A DNA stretch of 62,783 nucleotides, the filler included, from Globobulimina sp. (taxonomy: Eukaryota): assembly GCA_003354225.1 (NCBI GenBank). It is 8 parts of 8 records of this genome, joined end to end, with 100 filler letters (N's around TTAATTAATTAA, not from the genome) between each part and the next. Parts side by side here need not be neighbours in the genome. Positions count along the whole stretch, not along the records: positions 31,483 to 39,243 come from PIVH01000123.1; positions 39,344 to 47,103 come from PIVH01000124.1; positions 47,204 to 54,952 come from PIVH01000125.1; 5 more parts are not named here. One strand, given 5' to 3'. Shown one piece after another: positions 35,302 through 48,283 of this stretch. Both the position numbers and the translations under genes were made by a program. Position 1 is the first letter of the stretch. Every line of letters begins with the position of its first letter. Under the pieces are notes generated by a model, which worked only from the letters and a program-made list of their open reading frames with translations, was not told the DNA's origin and did no database searches.

Positions 35302-36102
35302 ATGGCGGGCACACAAGTAAATAGTTATGGCGTAGGAGACACTGATTTAACCAATTTAATGGAGACGGTCGACACTCAGCGTCAAGGATATCATAAAGTA
35401 TCACTCACCCAGATGTCGACAACTACGCAACCGGCAATCGCTGAAGGGTCAATGATTGAAGTCGGCGGCGCATTATTTAAGTTTGCCAGTGATGAGGCTA
35501 TAACAGGTTCTCCATCTGACGGTGCGGTATACATAAAATTAACGCCGTCAGGTACAAGTATTACCGCCTCTTTTACAAATACCGCTCCTACATGGGATGA
35601 TGAAAAAGGTGGCTATTACGAGAGCGCGACAACAAATAGGTATGTTAATTTTGCCATGTTTTTAGATACAACTTTATGGTATAATAAATATGAATACCCA
35701 AATACTAATATATGGGGCGCTGATGCAGAGGAATTAAATAGTTATTTAATAGAGGACGAGACGTCGACTGGTACTCTGATTACATCTTTAACAGTAACTA
35801 TCGTTCAAACAGTTACAAAAGATTTTAAAGTATTCAAGCCAGTAACATTATACAGCGATTTCTCTGGATTGTTTTCACTATATGGCATTATTTTAAATCC
35901 CGGATATTATAGATTTCTAATAGCGCAAAGCGGATCAAATAAAACGATCAGCATCTATATAAAACAAAATAATTCATATGCTTTATTGCATACGGCGACG
36001 GTGGCGAGCGTTGCCCTTCCGGGGACATGTCATCTCTATCTAAGTGGTGTATATGGCATTGACAATTCAAATGATATCGAAAAAATCATAGAGCTTATTT
36101 AA
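35302..36102 (+). CDS. Phage structural/tail protein
   Basis: GAGGT Shine-Dalgarno, tightly coupled in the operon, Thr/Ser-rich. Confidence 0.6.
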   Translation: MAGTQVNSYGVGDTDLTNLMETVDTQRQGYHKVSLTQMSTTTQPAIAEGSMIEVGGALFKFASDEAITGSPSDGAVYIKLTPSGTSITASFTNTAPTWDDEKGGYYESATTNRYVNFAMFLDTTLWYNKYEYPNTNIWGADAEELNSYLIEDETSTGTLITSLTVTIVQTVTKDFKVFKPVTLYSDFSGLFSLYGIILNPGYYRFLIAQSGSNKTISIYIKQNNSYALLHTATVASVALPGTCHLYLSGVYGIDNSNDIEKIIELI

Positions 36103-37955
36103 TGAGTTACGAAACCGAAATATTAAAACCTATTGTTGACAAGATTATACTCGTTGAAATAGATTTGCCGGTATTTAACAATTTCTGGATAAATTACGAA
36201 GCGGGTATATGGTTTATTAACTTAAAGCCGGGTGATACTACCGTTACCGGCTCCGATGGCCTTGTAGGATATTACGCAGGACAAAACGAAGTTGATTATA
36301 ACATTAAATCATTGAAAGTAGACACTGAATTTTATACGCCAGTTTCTACCATTGCGGATCTTAGAACAACAAACAAATCGTTCTTTTTTGATTTTGGGAT
36401 TCAGACGCTTTATGTTCATTTTGATCTATTTAGTTACCCATGGAGTTATACAATAAAGCTAGGCAGCGTTTCAGGTTATTGTGATAAGGTCGACCCGGAA
36501 AGAGGCGCATACTATAGTGATGTATATTATGAGCCACGAATTACTTCAACGCCGTCTTTAAGCAAAAAGAAAGACCCACTATTTTTTGGTACTCTTGATT
36601 TTCAAGGTGGTACTGTAGAATTTGCAAATTCAGACGGTGGCATGGACGATTTGATTGATCAAGATATTTTCGGCCAACCACTTCGTATTTTACTCGGATT
36701 TACTGGATTCGATTATGGTGATTTTGAACAGATATTCTCTGGCTATGTGGAAGAGCCGGGGCGTGATTTTAGTAAATATACAATAACCATAAGAGACCCA
36801 CGGAAAAGATTATCAAGGAAAATCCCTGTTAATTTATTCAATCTTACTGATTATCCAGATCTCGGCGCCGACGATATTGATAAACCTGTGCCTTTGGCCT
36901 TTGGTGTTATCCGTGGCGCTCCGGTATTGCCATACAATAGACAGGATGGGACCGGGCCTTATTTCTATAAATTCATGGATACTACCGATTACCCGGCACA
37001 GGCGCTCACAACGGTGTATGTCGACAACGTGCCGGTAACTCCTGCGAGTACCGATCTGGCGAATGGTGAATTTTCTTTGACAGCCGGGCAGTGTAAGGAC
37101 GGGTCGTCTTTTCTCGACGTGAAATGCGATATCACAGGCGCAAGTATTGATAATGGACTTAATGTAATTAGATATATAAATGAAGAGTGGGGCGATACGG
37201 CTTTTGTTGATACGGTATATGATATTTCAGAGTGGACATATGAGGAATCGAAGGCCGATGATATCGGAAAATATATATATGAACGTGAGGAAATAATAGA
37301 AATAATTGAGCAGGTGTGCGAGTCTTTACATGGTATATTTTATCCACAAGATAGCGGACTGTTTTCTTTTCGGTCGTATCGATCAGATCGTGCAATTACA
37401 AAGACCATATTGACAGATGAATGGTTAAGCGAACCGGATATATCAAATCCGTCTGAAGAGTATTTAACTACGGCAACTATTAGATACTCCGAAGACATTT
37501 TTGATGGGGAGACAAGAAAATTTATCAATGATGATTTCGAATCGACCGTATGGGCAAAATTCGGTATATATAGAGACAGAGAATTCAACACGCTTTTAAC
37601 TAATGAGACAGACGCGAGCGGCTTGTCAGATAAAATAATGGAAAGGTCTGTTGACATAGAACAGGAAGTCGAGCGGGAAACATTCTTACAGAATTTTGAT
37701 CTTGAGATTATGGATTTTATTATCTGTGAGCATGATAGGTATAGTGTAGTGTCAGATTTTGACCGGAACTGGGGAGTGTATGAGATTACAGGTATAAATA
37801 AAACCCCGGCGAACGGCAAGACTAAATTGACCATGCGCAAGATAAGCGATTATACATGGACAGAAACTGTCTACGTACAGGGCGCACCGTATTTTATAGC
37901 GGCGTATGGATATCATCCATATGGGCCTACAATTTATCAGGAAGTAACGGAATAA
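36102..37955 (+). CDS. Phage tail tip/baseplate hub-like protein
   Basis: 617 aa, acidic, with a KPVPLAFG motif reminiscent of tail-tip proteins. TAATG overlap with the upstream gene. Confidence 0.6.
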   Translation: MSYETEILKPIVDKIILVEIDLPVFNNFWINYEAGIWFINLKPGDTTVTGSDGLVGYYAGQNEVDYNIKSLKVDTEFYTPVSTIADLRTTNKSFFFDFGIQTLYVHFDLFSYPWSYTIKLGSVSGYCDKVDPERGAYYSDVYYEPRITSTPSLSKKKDPLFFGTLDFQGGTVEFANSDGGMDDLIDQDIFGQPLRILLGFTGFDYGDFEQIFSGYVEEPGRDFSKYTITIRDPRKRLSRKIPVNLFNLTDYPDLGADDIDKPVPLAFGVIRGAPVLPYNRQDGTGPYFYKFMDTTDYPAQALTTVYVDNVPVTPASTDLANGEFSLTAGQCKDGSSFLDVKCDITGASIDNGLNVIRYINEEWGDTAFVDTVYDISEWTYEESKADDIGKYIYEREEIIEIIEQVCESLHGIFYPQDSGLFSFRSYRSDRAITKTILTDEWLSEPDISNPSEEYLTTATIRYSEDIFDGETRKFINDDFESTVWAKFGIYRDREFNTLLTNETDASGLSDKIMERSVDIEQEVERETFLQNFDLEIMDFIICEHDRYSVVSDFDRNWGVYEITGINKTPANGKTKLTMRKISDYTWTETVYVQGAPYFIAAYGYHPYGPTIYQEVTE

Positions 37956-37970
37956 TAGAAGAGGGCGACA

Positions 37971-39203
37971 ATGGCAAAAAGCACACTTTATAATTTTAAT
38001 TCAGCGGCCCCGGTGAGCATTTCAAGAGAAGATTACTTAAATGTCGGGAGCGGTGAAAACATTTTAGGGAATGTCAAAAGAGGTATCAAGGGGTCAACCG
38101 ATTTCGAAATATGGGACGCCCCGATAGGTGGCACACAATTGACAGAGGGCGTTGATTATGATTTAGTCAATATTGACACTGAATTGACCGCCGCCGCCGG
38201 GTATACAATTTATACGGGATACCAGATAACGAACGTCACATATCAGACCGGAACAATATATATCACATATAAAATTGTGTTTTCTTATACTGACGCCGAT
38301 TTTATCAATGCATTATCTCAGTCATCAGGATTTCAAGTATACAACACGTCGGTTGATTATACTGTACTCGATAACGACGGATTTTATGGTATATTAGTTG
38401 ATTCAACCGACGGGAATGTAGATATCACCTTGCCTACCGCGTCGGCGAATGGCAACAGACAATTACTTATTTTCGCGACTGTTGACGGTGGGAAAATAAG
38501 TATCACTCCAGAGGGATCTGATGAGATAAACGGTGTCAATGCAGCGCAATATCTAATGTCAAAAAATAATTTTATGTTATTATATGGAAACGGCGTTGAC
38601 GGATGGGTAATTCAGAACAGGAAACAGACATATCGTATCGGGTGGTTTAATACCTCTGATCAGACTAATCGACATTATGGTACACCCACTTTTGCTTTTG
38701 ATAATAGAAGCGGTGCATTTACAGACGGTGAAGAAATAGAAGAGTCGACAACAGGTAATACATGGGTATTACAATCGATGACAGACGCCGCAACTGGTAC
38801 AATAATAGCACGAGTAAAAAGCGGCACAGGGTACGCAACAAATAATGAAACCATAACAGGCGCGTCAAGCGGAGAGACATGCGACGTGAACGAAGGCGGT
38901 GGTACAAGCAAGAATTCAGATTCTAATCTATTGCACGGCTTCGGAAAAAATCTCAAGGATTTAGACGTGTCGATATATTGGTCAAGTGATGGCACAGAAA
39001 ACAATTCATATTTAGTATATAATAACATGGGTTCCGGTGGTGGTGGTGCCGACTATGGCTATGGTGTGTATCAAATTGATACTGATAACCTTAAAATTCA
39101 GACTGGTGTGTCTGGATTTGTGTACTTGAATGACTCTGGAGGGTGGGCCGCGATTGGTTCAGCGGATGATTACTTTGATATATGGGTCACGGTGACAGAA
39201 TGA
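37971..39203 (+). CDS. Phage tail fibre / receptor-binding-like protein
   Basis: Gly/Thr/Asn-rich, with ITLPTAS...EING motifs common in tail fibres. Last complete gene of the module. Confidence 0.6.
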   Translation: MAKSTLYNFNSAAPVSISREDYLNVGSGENILGNVKRGIKGSTDFEIWDAPIGGTQLTEGVDYDLVNIDTELTAAAGYTIYTGYQITNVTYQTGTIYITYKIVFSYTDADFINALSQSSGFQVYNTSVDYTVLDNDGFYGILVDSTDGNVDITLPTASANGNRQLLIFATVDGGKISITPEGSDEINGVNAAQYLMSKNNFMLLYGNGVDGWVIQNRKQTYRIGWFNTSDQTNRHYGTPTFAFDNRSGAFTDGEEIEESTTGNTWVLQSMTDAATGTIIARVKSGTGYATNNETITGASSGETCDVNEGGGTSKNSDSNLLHGFGKNLKDLDVSIYWSSDGTENNSYLVYNNMGSGGGGADYGYGVYQIDTDNLKIQTGVSGFVYLNDSGGWAAIGSADDYFDIWVTVTE

Positions 39204-39343
39204 AAAAAATATTAGTTGACGGTGAAAAAATTCTCTCTTGTGGNNNNNNNNNNNNNNNNNNNNNNNNNNNNNNNNNNNNNNNNNNNNTTAATTAATTAAN
39301 NNNNNNNNNNNNNNNNNNNNNNNNNNNNNNNNNNNNNNNNNNN

Positions 39344-42300
39344 TTTTAAATTTTCTCATTTTTTTTTGCATTCTCTTAGTCGCTTTTTTGTGATTAGAAA
39401 ATGAAAAGTGATCGGAGCATTTGGAATGCAGTATAATTTTCTATTTAATATTAGCTCTGGATTCTCATTTTCCAGTCGCCGCTCTTGTTTATCAAAAGTA
39501 GATTTTATTAAATATTCATTATTAATATTAAATATTTTGGAGTCTGAGAGCGATGTAATTGACTCTGAGAGGGACAGTGAGGTTGATTCAATTTGTAAGG
39601 GATTGTTTTCATTTTCATGTTGAGCAGAAGCGGGAATTCCGAGTTGATACAGTTTCCGTTTTGATACCCCACTAATACCACGAATAGAATTACTGTCAAA
39701 ATCATCAATATTTGCTGATGTTGACCATACTAAATAGCAGTATATGTTTAATAAAATAAGAGTGTTATTATATTATTAGAAACTTAACTTTGTTCAAAAG
39801 AATTTGCGTTTTCCATGGAATCGGCAGTTCCACTTTTCATTGATCTTAAACGTGTGGTGGATGCGGATAATGCCCGAATAGGTGTTTTGTATTTCGATGT
39901 ATGAAGACATGCATTAAATTGCGAGGATAATCCCATTTTACTCAACATAATTGAATTAAATGTATTACATTTCTCATTTACAATTGCTATCAATTGGTTC
40001 ATTTTGCATTGAAACTTTGTAATTTTATCAATACACCAATTATACTGATACAATTTCAATTGATTATTGTCAATAAATGCAATAAATAAACTATGTCGAT
40101 GCAACGTTGACCGCGTTGAAAATAATCGCTTTGGACCATACAATAACTTGTTATCATGTTCTATTTTCTCACTCGATGAGCGTCGACATCTGGTCGATAC
40201 AAAATGTTTATTATCCAAATTCTCGGAAAATATACGAATACCACCTAAAATAACATAAGTTGTCGCTGCTTTATCTAAAAACGTCTCATTATTATTCATA
40301 TTCGATGATAAAAATTGTGTCCGTGATTCTATTTTATTGTCATTATCTTTCCCCGCACTCAGTACATATATCGGCATTTGAGGGGATGTGCTCGATAGTT
40401 CTAACAACACAGACTTTGCCATCTTATCCAATCCCCAAAACATGGTTGGATATGAATATTGAGAGTAATTCACAGATTTACATTTAAAATTGCTTTTAAT
40501 CGCAGACAATTTAATGGAACTCGACATTATGGACACAAGCGGTGTGATTAAATACGAATATACGACATTATACGGTTTAAAATTATCATCCCGGTGCTCA
40601 AATAAATTATTTCTAAATACAACACATAACCATTCGATGGCATATTCATGTAAAGATTGGTTGATTGCGGCATTGAATTTAATTAATAACTCGTTTGTAT
40701 TGATGGTTGAATCACTTCTCGACCATAACTCAATGGCAAATGACCGCTGCTTCACTTCTTTTGCTTTATTCTCATTCCCGTTCCCATTCTCATCATCATC
40801 GTCATCTTCTGCCTCTGTTATTTGATCTTCCTCATTTTCAAAAAAATCATCTGTATTCGCATTGCTATACGTATCAAAATCACCGTCTATCGAACGTGGC
40901 GAGGCACTGCCAAAAAATGTAGAATTTGAGTGATGTTTTAATAGTGGGGGCGCTTCGGGGGACATTTCAACCAAAGGCGGATTTGTATGCAGCATCGGCC
41001 ATTGATTACTTTCAGATTTATTACTACTTTTCCATATTCTCAAATTTCCGCCTTTTATGGTATCCAATGACTGTGGATATATTTCACCCATTGATTGGAG
41101 CATCATAGCCATGGATTTGAGCGATTGATCAGGTTTTATTAATATCGATGTCAAATCGTTGCTTTTCCTCGAATTTATGCATGTTTTTGCATGCGATATA
41201 TATTCATTATTACTCGCAATAATACCGCACGTCAATACGGCTAAACCACTGCCAAAGGATTGGCTCAGTTTATATATGGAGTCTTCTTCCATTACAAATT
41301 CGTCAAAAGAGGTCACATCGATATCAAATGGCTGCAATTTGCCTAATCGGGCGTGCGCGCGCATGTTCCTTGCGGTGGTACTCGTGGTGCCAGAATCTGT
41401 GGTATTGTTATTTGATCTTCTTGTCTTGCGTTTAAATTTAGGCTTTCTGTACAAGGGCGGCAGTGTAAAGTATACAAATGATATATCTTCGCTGCTAATC
41501 TTAACCCGGAATGTTTTGGGCATAAAGGCTAATTGTTGAGAAATCGAGGCAATGTTATCATTGATGACCGGCGTTGGTGATGTATACACATTATCTTTTT
41601 GCTCATTTATGTCATGGATATTCTGTGTATTGTTACTATTTAATCGATTTTCGTCCGGTGTGATGCGAATGGAGTGTATGCCCAGATGTGTGGCGATATT
41701 TTGTTTGAGGAATAATGTAAATAAATATAAATCCGATACGAATTCAGGCAATTTGTAGCATAATGATTTTTTGGGGGAGGTGTTGGAGGGACATAAAAAT
41801 CTGTAATCGATGTGGTTAAATGGTAATTTTGGGTTTTTTTGCAGCAATGTTATCATTGTTCCTTGCGTAAAATCGCCCAATTGATCCTCTAAAGTTTGTT
41901 TAAGCTCAGACGTTATTTGTTCGCCGGGCTTTGTTTGTCCATAAAATGTAAATCTTATCATTGATGATCCAGTATTTGGCGAAGGTGGCGACTTGATAGA
42001 ATTTTGTTTTTTTGATTCATCATTGTGGTCATTATTATGTTGGTGTTGATGTTGGATAATAGTTTCGTCATTGATATGATATGATTCATCGAAATGAGTG
42101 ACTTGACATTTAAAATAAAAGATGTTGCCGGTTCTTTCACGAAATACAAATATATTTGTTTGTCCGCAACGCATTTTTTTTAAAATATTTTCTAAGCGAT
42201 CTTTGGCTTTTCTTGGATCGACGCGACGGTGGATTATGAATGGTAAAATATGCTGTTCTTTTGCTTCAAATTGGCCAACTTTAAACATCTCGAATGGACC

Positions 42301-45300
42301 TATTGGTATATAGATGTATATAATGTCAAATAGAACACAATGCCAATTTCTTTTGGTTTGTCCCATAAGTTCATGAAACAAAATGAATTTGTAAAATAGG
42401 AGAAAACATCGCTGATATTACTAATTTTAACACATCATGTTCCATCGATTGGTTCTGCTAATGCTAATGCGAATGCGATGACCCAATATCTAGCAACGCA
42501 CTGCAGACACAACTATTGAGCTAATTTTCATTGTAGTGATCGGACTTCAATTTTTGGAGTTAATCGCTCACCACAATAAATTAGCTCAATAGTTGTGTCT
42601 GCATTGTGTTGTGACTGGGTCAATCATGTGCTGTATGCAATGACTGCAAAAGTTAAAATCCGACCACCATAGTTGTGATTGCGGTGCATTTATGGGACAA
42701 AAATAATAAAGGTGGGATCGAAAACAAAGAGTATCATCAGAACACTTTGAAAATACATAAATTATTACTAAACTGTCTGGATTTGCTTGTTGTTGCTTTA
42801 TTAAACTTGCTGGTAAATGTAGTTCATTATTACTTTGTTGTGTTGGTATCAAAAATCGATTGACTGTTTTTGTTTCATTTAGTTCCTGTAATAATGCCTG
42901 CTGATTAATTAAAAATTGTATTCTTTGTATATAATCACGAAATTTCTGCTCAATATTTTCAATTTTATATAAACATAAATCATTTGGATTTATATGCACC
43001 ATAAACGACGCAGTCACCGCATTATTGCCATCTTCTGAAATACAGATAAAAACCCAATACGGAATTTCCTCCATATCCTTATGTTTATCATCGACTTTCA
43101 TCGCAAACCACATATACGATCTATAAAACTCATTAACATTCAAGTTCACCATCTCCATTCTAATATCACTTACAATCGTCTTGGCCATATATTGCGGCAA
43201 TAGTTCAAAACACCTCCTTTTATCAATAAACCTGACAATATGCGTAAATAAATGATATTGATTCGCTTCTAAGTATGATAATTGCTGCAATACAATTTCA
43301 GCGTTCACTGGTTTTGCTGTCCTGAGTTCGTGCAATACAATTTTGGCAATTTGCGCTCTTAACTTTTTGGCAAACCTCCGATATAAACCAATAAACATAA
43401 CCGGCAATTTAGAGATAGTTTTAGTATCCAACGCAGGTAACATATTAATCGCGATGGGATTCGGATGGGTCAATGGTTCATGTAATGTTAGATTGGAATT
43501 ATTAAATTGATTCATACTCAAAGTATTGATATCATCTAAACTGATTAAGCCCGCATCCAATGATAGATTTAATGAAACGGGCGGTGTGGTCATAATAATA
43601 GCATTCAAACATATCGCCGATGCTTGTTGCGTATATAAAGCTTCTTCGTTTCTATTGATATCATTTATCGATACCGATCGAAATCGACTGGCCGTTCCAT
43701 GAATTATTACATTAAAGCGTATAAATAATGGATAGGGTAATGTCGATGTGCTGGTTTGTAGCGAATTCATTTTATTGAATAAATCAGCACCAACGGGTGA
43801 AGATATTGTGCGTCTAAGTTGCGAAATTGAACCAGATGGGTTTTGCCATGGGTTTGGTGTCACAGACATATATGTAAACTCTGAAGCAAATGCTTCCGGC
43901 GGTGGTACGGATGTGGTTTGATCCATTAATAAATTATCCGATGAATTATATCTCGTATTTATACCGGATAATATCGCATTAAATGCATTTGGAGCTTTGC
44001 GACCCACTGCGGGAGCATTCGAACCAGCCGATACTGATACAGTAAGCACCGACTTTCTTCTTAATTTTGCTCGATACATTCGTTTTTCTACCTATGTAAA
44101 ACAATATTTCCCAAAATTAAAATTGACAAAAACACCTGTAGCACACTTAACTGCTGATGAAGACTGGACTGCTTTTAATGTTTCAGCTTCACTCAGTGGG
44201 ATATTATCAGTCATAGTGTCATCGTCAGAAGAGTCTGACACATGGCCATCATTATGGTCATCGTTTGAGAAATTATCATCCGCGTCATTGGCAGAGGAGG
44301 AATGCATTTGTTCGCCAACGTCATCCTCTTCATCCTCGTTTTCACTGTTTTCAGTCGAAGAAGCTAAAAAGTTATGTTTGTACAGGGGCGGGATATAAAA
44401 ATATGCATCCAAATCTGGGATATATTTGAACTGGGCCTGGCAGGTTGCTTCAATGGCACTCAATAATTTATTTGCAAACTTCTTTGTTTCTTCAGTCGCA
44501 ACGTGGTTATTCATATCATCTCCATCTCCAATCATTAATTTTTTTAACAAAGAAAGATTGAAATCCTCTCTGTATTGGCAACATTTATCAATGGCATATT
44601 CAATTTTATTCAGCGGCACTAAAACCTGATTTAATAAATCAAAATATATTATCCTCGCTTTATTCCTGTCGTGGTTTTGTCGCAGTCGCGATAAACATTG
44701 GTCGCTGATTGAACGCGATGTAATGGATGACATTGATGGTGTGCCAGTACCACATCTATGAACTGGTATGTTGGGTTTTGAATAGCCCATAATATCCGCA
44801 ATGATGCCATATTCGTGAATGTCATATAACGACGAGCTGATAGTCATAGTTACGATTTGCTTTGACACTTCAAACAAATATAAGTATTCACTATTATTCT
44901 TCTGGCCATTTCCAATTGGTTTTAGTTTATCTAACAATGCATCTAATTTAGGAATGGGATGAATATGCCATGGCAACACCATATATAATAAATTATCATC
45001 AAGCATATCTTTCGTGGGTGGCATCTCTTTGCTATTACCACAGCAATATATACGATTCGGTATGATCTCAATATCAGCCACGCGTTGCACTGTTCGTAGC
45101 AATAACTTTGAGAGTAATTGAGCTGAGGTTTTAATCTTTGCTTTGGTCGATTCAATTAAAGTGGCATCTAATTCACTTTTTTGCTCATGCAATAGCTGTT
45201 GATGATAATCTAATTCATATGGGAAAGCTCTGTGAGTTACTTCTGAATGTCTGAATATTTGCAACATAATATCTAATGGGTCTAATTCATGTTTTTCTAT

Positions 45301-47103
45301 CTTTTCTTCATCTAAATCCGCAACATTCGCTACAAATTCATCCTCATTCTTACAATGTATCAACGGCATAAAATCTGTGGCTGATTGGCTGCCATAAACA
45401 CTGATTTCATTTAATTTAGATTTATATCTCACATCACAATCTTCAAACACATTCTCTTTGGATAACATGGATTGTTTTTTGGTTAAGTCGAATAATACAG
45501 ATCTTGACTGTGATATTGATGATGGTCTGTCATCCAATGCAGTTAAGTGTCTTTTCAGCTTTCTTCTATTTTTACCAATGCCAAGTCCTTTAGATTTCTT
45601 TTTTCTTTTTGTCAGTAACTTTTTCTTTGTATGTTTGAGTTTATTTCTTTTCATTGGAGTTAACAATTGCGATGAAGATGAGGTGCGATGCGGTGTACTG
45701 CGAGGAAGTCTTAATGTATTTGTTGTGCGTTCATCCGAATCTGAGTCAGATACACTTCGTGTGTTCCTACGTATATTTTGCAACTGTTGCAACTGCTCCA
45801 ACTGTGTTTGTCTATTTTTGCGAATATTCTGCTGCTCTCTAATGGTTCTGGATGATGCATAAAAAGAAGCGACAATGGATAATATTTTGAGTATATTTTT
45901 CTCTGTCCATTTACGGAGATGATCTAAAATTTGTTGTGCGGATAATGCATCCTCATGAGATTGAAACGTATATTTACAAGAAGTCGGTTCCACTGATAAT
46001 TCAATCTGTAATCCTTTCGATACTTTACTCATATTCAACTGCACAAAACTTGATTGCTGCGTCGATGTATTTGCCTGTATCCAATGGCCTAATATCGTGC
46101 TGTCGGAGTGATTCATAATTAATTTAAAGCCTTCCCTTAATTTCAAATCAGTAAACATGGACATTGCGTTACGTACATGATGTCGCGATGGAATTACAAT
46201 AAACCAACAATATGAATGTAGATAACTACGAATCAACTGTACTTCTTGAAAATAATATGAGTCCACATCAATATCTGTAACAGCACCATTATCTGTGTCG
46301 ATGTGCTGTTCATCGATAAGTTCAGAATTATCCTCGCCAGGCCCCGGACATTTACATCTATTGCAATCATTAAACTCTAGCACTAATAAGTTATGTATTG
46401 GCTTATCCAAAAACTTCAATTCATATTCATCCAAAGATACGGTTTGTTGAATAAAAGTGACTACAGAATCTCGGATTAATTGGTACATTCTCCTTGATAT
46501 AGGTCCCTGTGCTTCAATTTTGAGTGAAACCAACCAATCACATTCATGCAATTGTTCATACACAACCACTGCAAATCCGCCATAATCAGGGAATGAGCGC
46601 ACAAATTTGATGAGCTCGGGTTCATTTTCGTGTCGATGCGCAGTCGTATATTCCAAATCGAATGTTGCCCATTGTTTCAATGCATCGCGTATTTTTTGCC
46701 AAACATCGGGTGTATTTATTTGCAAGTTTTCAATGACAGTTTTGATTTTAACGGGAGACTTATTGAATATATTAATAAATGATTCTTTTGGCACACAAAT
46801 GACATCTTGAAATACGACATCGTGCCATATTCTATCCTCCAAATAATTCAACAAAGATACTAACTTTTTCTTCTCTTTCTGACTATGCTGAGAACGTTCA
46901 ATAGCTTGTTGATCAAACACTAATTTGGACAAAGCTTTGTCAGTCCTTTTAATGTCTTGTATAAATTCCTCCAATTCAGCAAATTGCTGACTTCTTTGCA
47001 TCACTACGTGTTGTCCGTCATTTATATTTTTCTGTGATAGATATTTAACCAAATTGGTTAAAAATGAGATAGAACCAATAATAAATATATTTGCTTTTGT
47101 TTC
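39344..47103 (-). CDS. SZT2: SZT2 (KICSTOR complex scaffold)-like protein; internal multi-exon fragment
   Basis: INQQALLQELNETK, NIFVFRERTGNIFYF, FYGQTKPGEQITSELKQTLEDQL...LLQKNPKL...D..FL and YQYNW resemble SZT2 conserved blocks. Long ORFs are separated by short intron-like gaps. Confidence 0.75.
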
Positions 47104-47659
47104 NNNNNNNNNNNNNNNNNNNNNNNNNNNNNNNNNNNNNNNNNNNNTTAATTAATTAANNNNNNNNNNNNNNNNNNNNNNNNNNNNNNNNNNNNNNNNN
47201 NNNTTGGAATTGGATGCGATTTTATTACATTTTTTGTGCAGTTATCAATTTTGATTTTATTTTTGCAATTTTATACTTTTTGTTGTGTTTGTGTCTTTTT
47301 TGAATGGTTTGTTTGTGTCTTTTTTTTTATAATTTTTGGATCGTTTTTTTGCTATTTATTATGTACATTTTATTCCTTTATCAAACAATCATACATTTAT
47401 AACACTTTTTTTTTGATGAAATCTTACGACTCAAAGGAATATATAATCTGCAAATGGCTATAAAACAGCGCATTGTACTTTGCTCTGCGAAACAATACAA
47501 CAAAATAATACATTACAAACACATATCCTGCGAACTGACCAGAAAGACGTAACAGTATTTAATATAAATTTGCAGCAATCTTCTTTCTCTTTCAATGCCA
47601 TTGCCCGCCGACCGACATTGATTTATGTTAATAGTATATTACAAAATTCAATCGGGCGG

Positions 47660-48130
47660 TAAATCCGATTCCAGGCTCACGGATTGCTGGAACATCCCCG
47701 TGAGGTTATAAAGGGATCCATGGCTGGGTCCAGGTTGTAAATGACAGAGTTTGTAATTTGCAAACTGAACAGAATTTGGGTCGGTGATTATGAAATTGCT
47801 ATTATTGGGATGTAGTCTTCCAACAGACGCTAATCGGTCTGCTATTAAGTTGTAGATTTGCTCTTGTTGTTTTGGCTTGGTATGGGCTTTGACTTTCCAA
47901 AAATATCTGCGTTCTATAATGTGTTTCTGCGTTCTTCTAAATTGTCACTGGAAGAGTCTGTGGAAATCAGTATATCAGAGGGTCTTATTTTGTGGCGGTA
48001 ATTGTACCAATCTTTGTATGGAATCCTTACGAATGTGATGGATGATGTGCTTATCCTATATTGGATGTCTGCATCATGTTCATCCATTGCAAATTGTCAC
48101 AACTGTGGAGACGACATGGTTGCTCCGGTT
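47660..48130 (-). pseudogene. Degenerate RNase H fragment, likely a retroelement remnant
   Basis: The minus strand reads FWKVKAHTKPKQQEQIYNLIADRLASVG (RNase HI C-terminal motif), with stops and frameshifts upstream. Confidence 0.55.
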
Positions 48131-48283
48131 TAATGGGGGAGGGAAAAGAGGAGTTTTTTTTGATTTAAAAAAAAAAGCTTTTGTACAATACTCACCGGAA
48201 CGCTCAAGTAACTGTCAAATTAATCACAAACTGTACAGTCACATTGCATCAAAAATTAAAACATGTACAATATCATTTTCATT

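Noticed and set aside
27317-39243. Reverse transcriptase next to phage tail genes, as a DGR or retron system
   Set aside because: The two lie on different contigs joined by a spacer. The RT has a LINE APE/RNase H architecture, and I saw no template/variable repeat pair.
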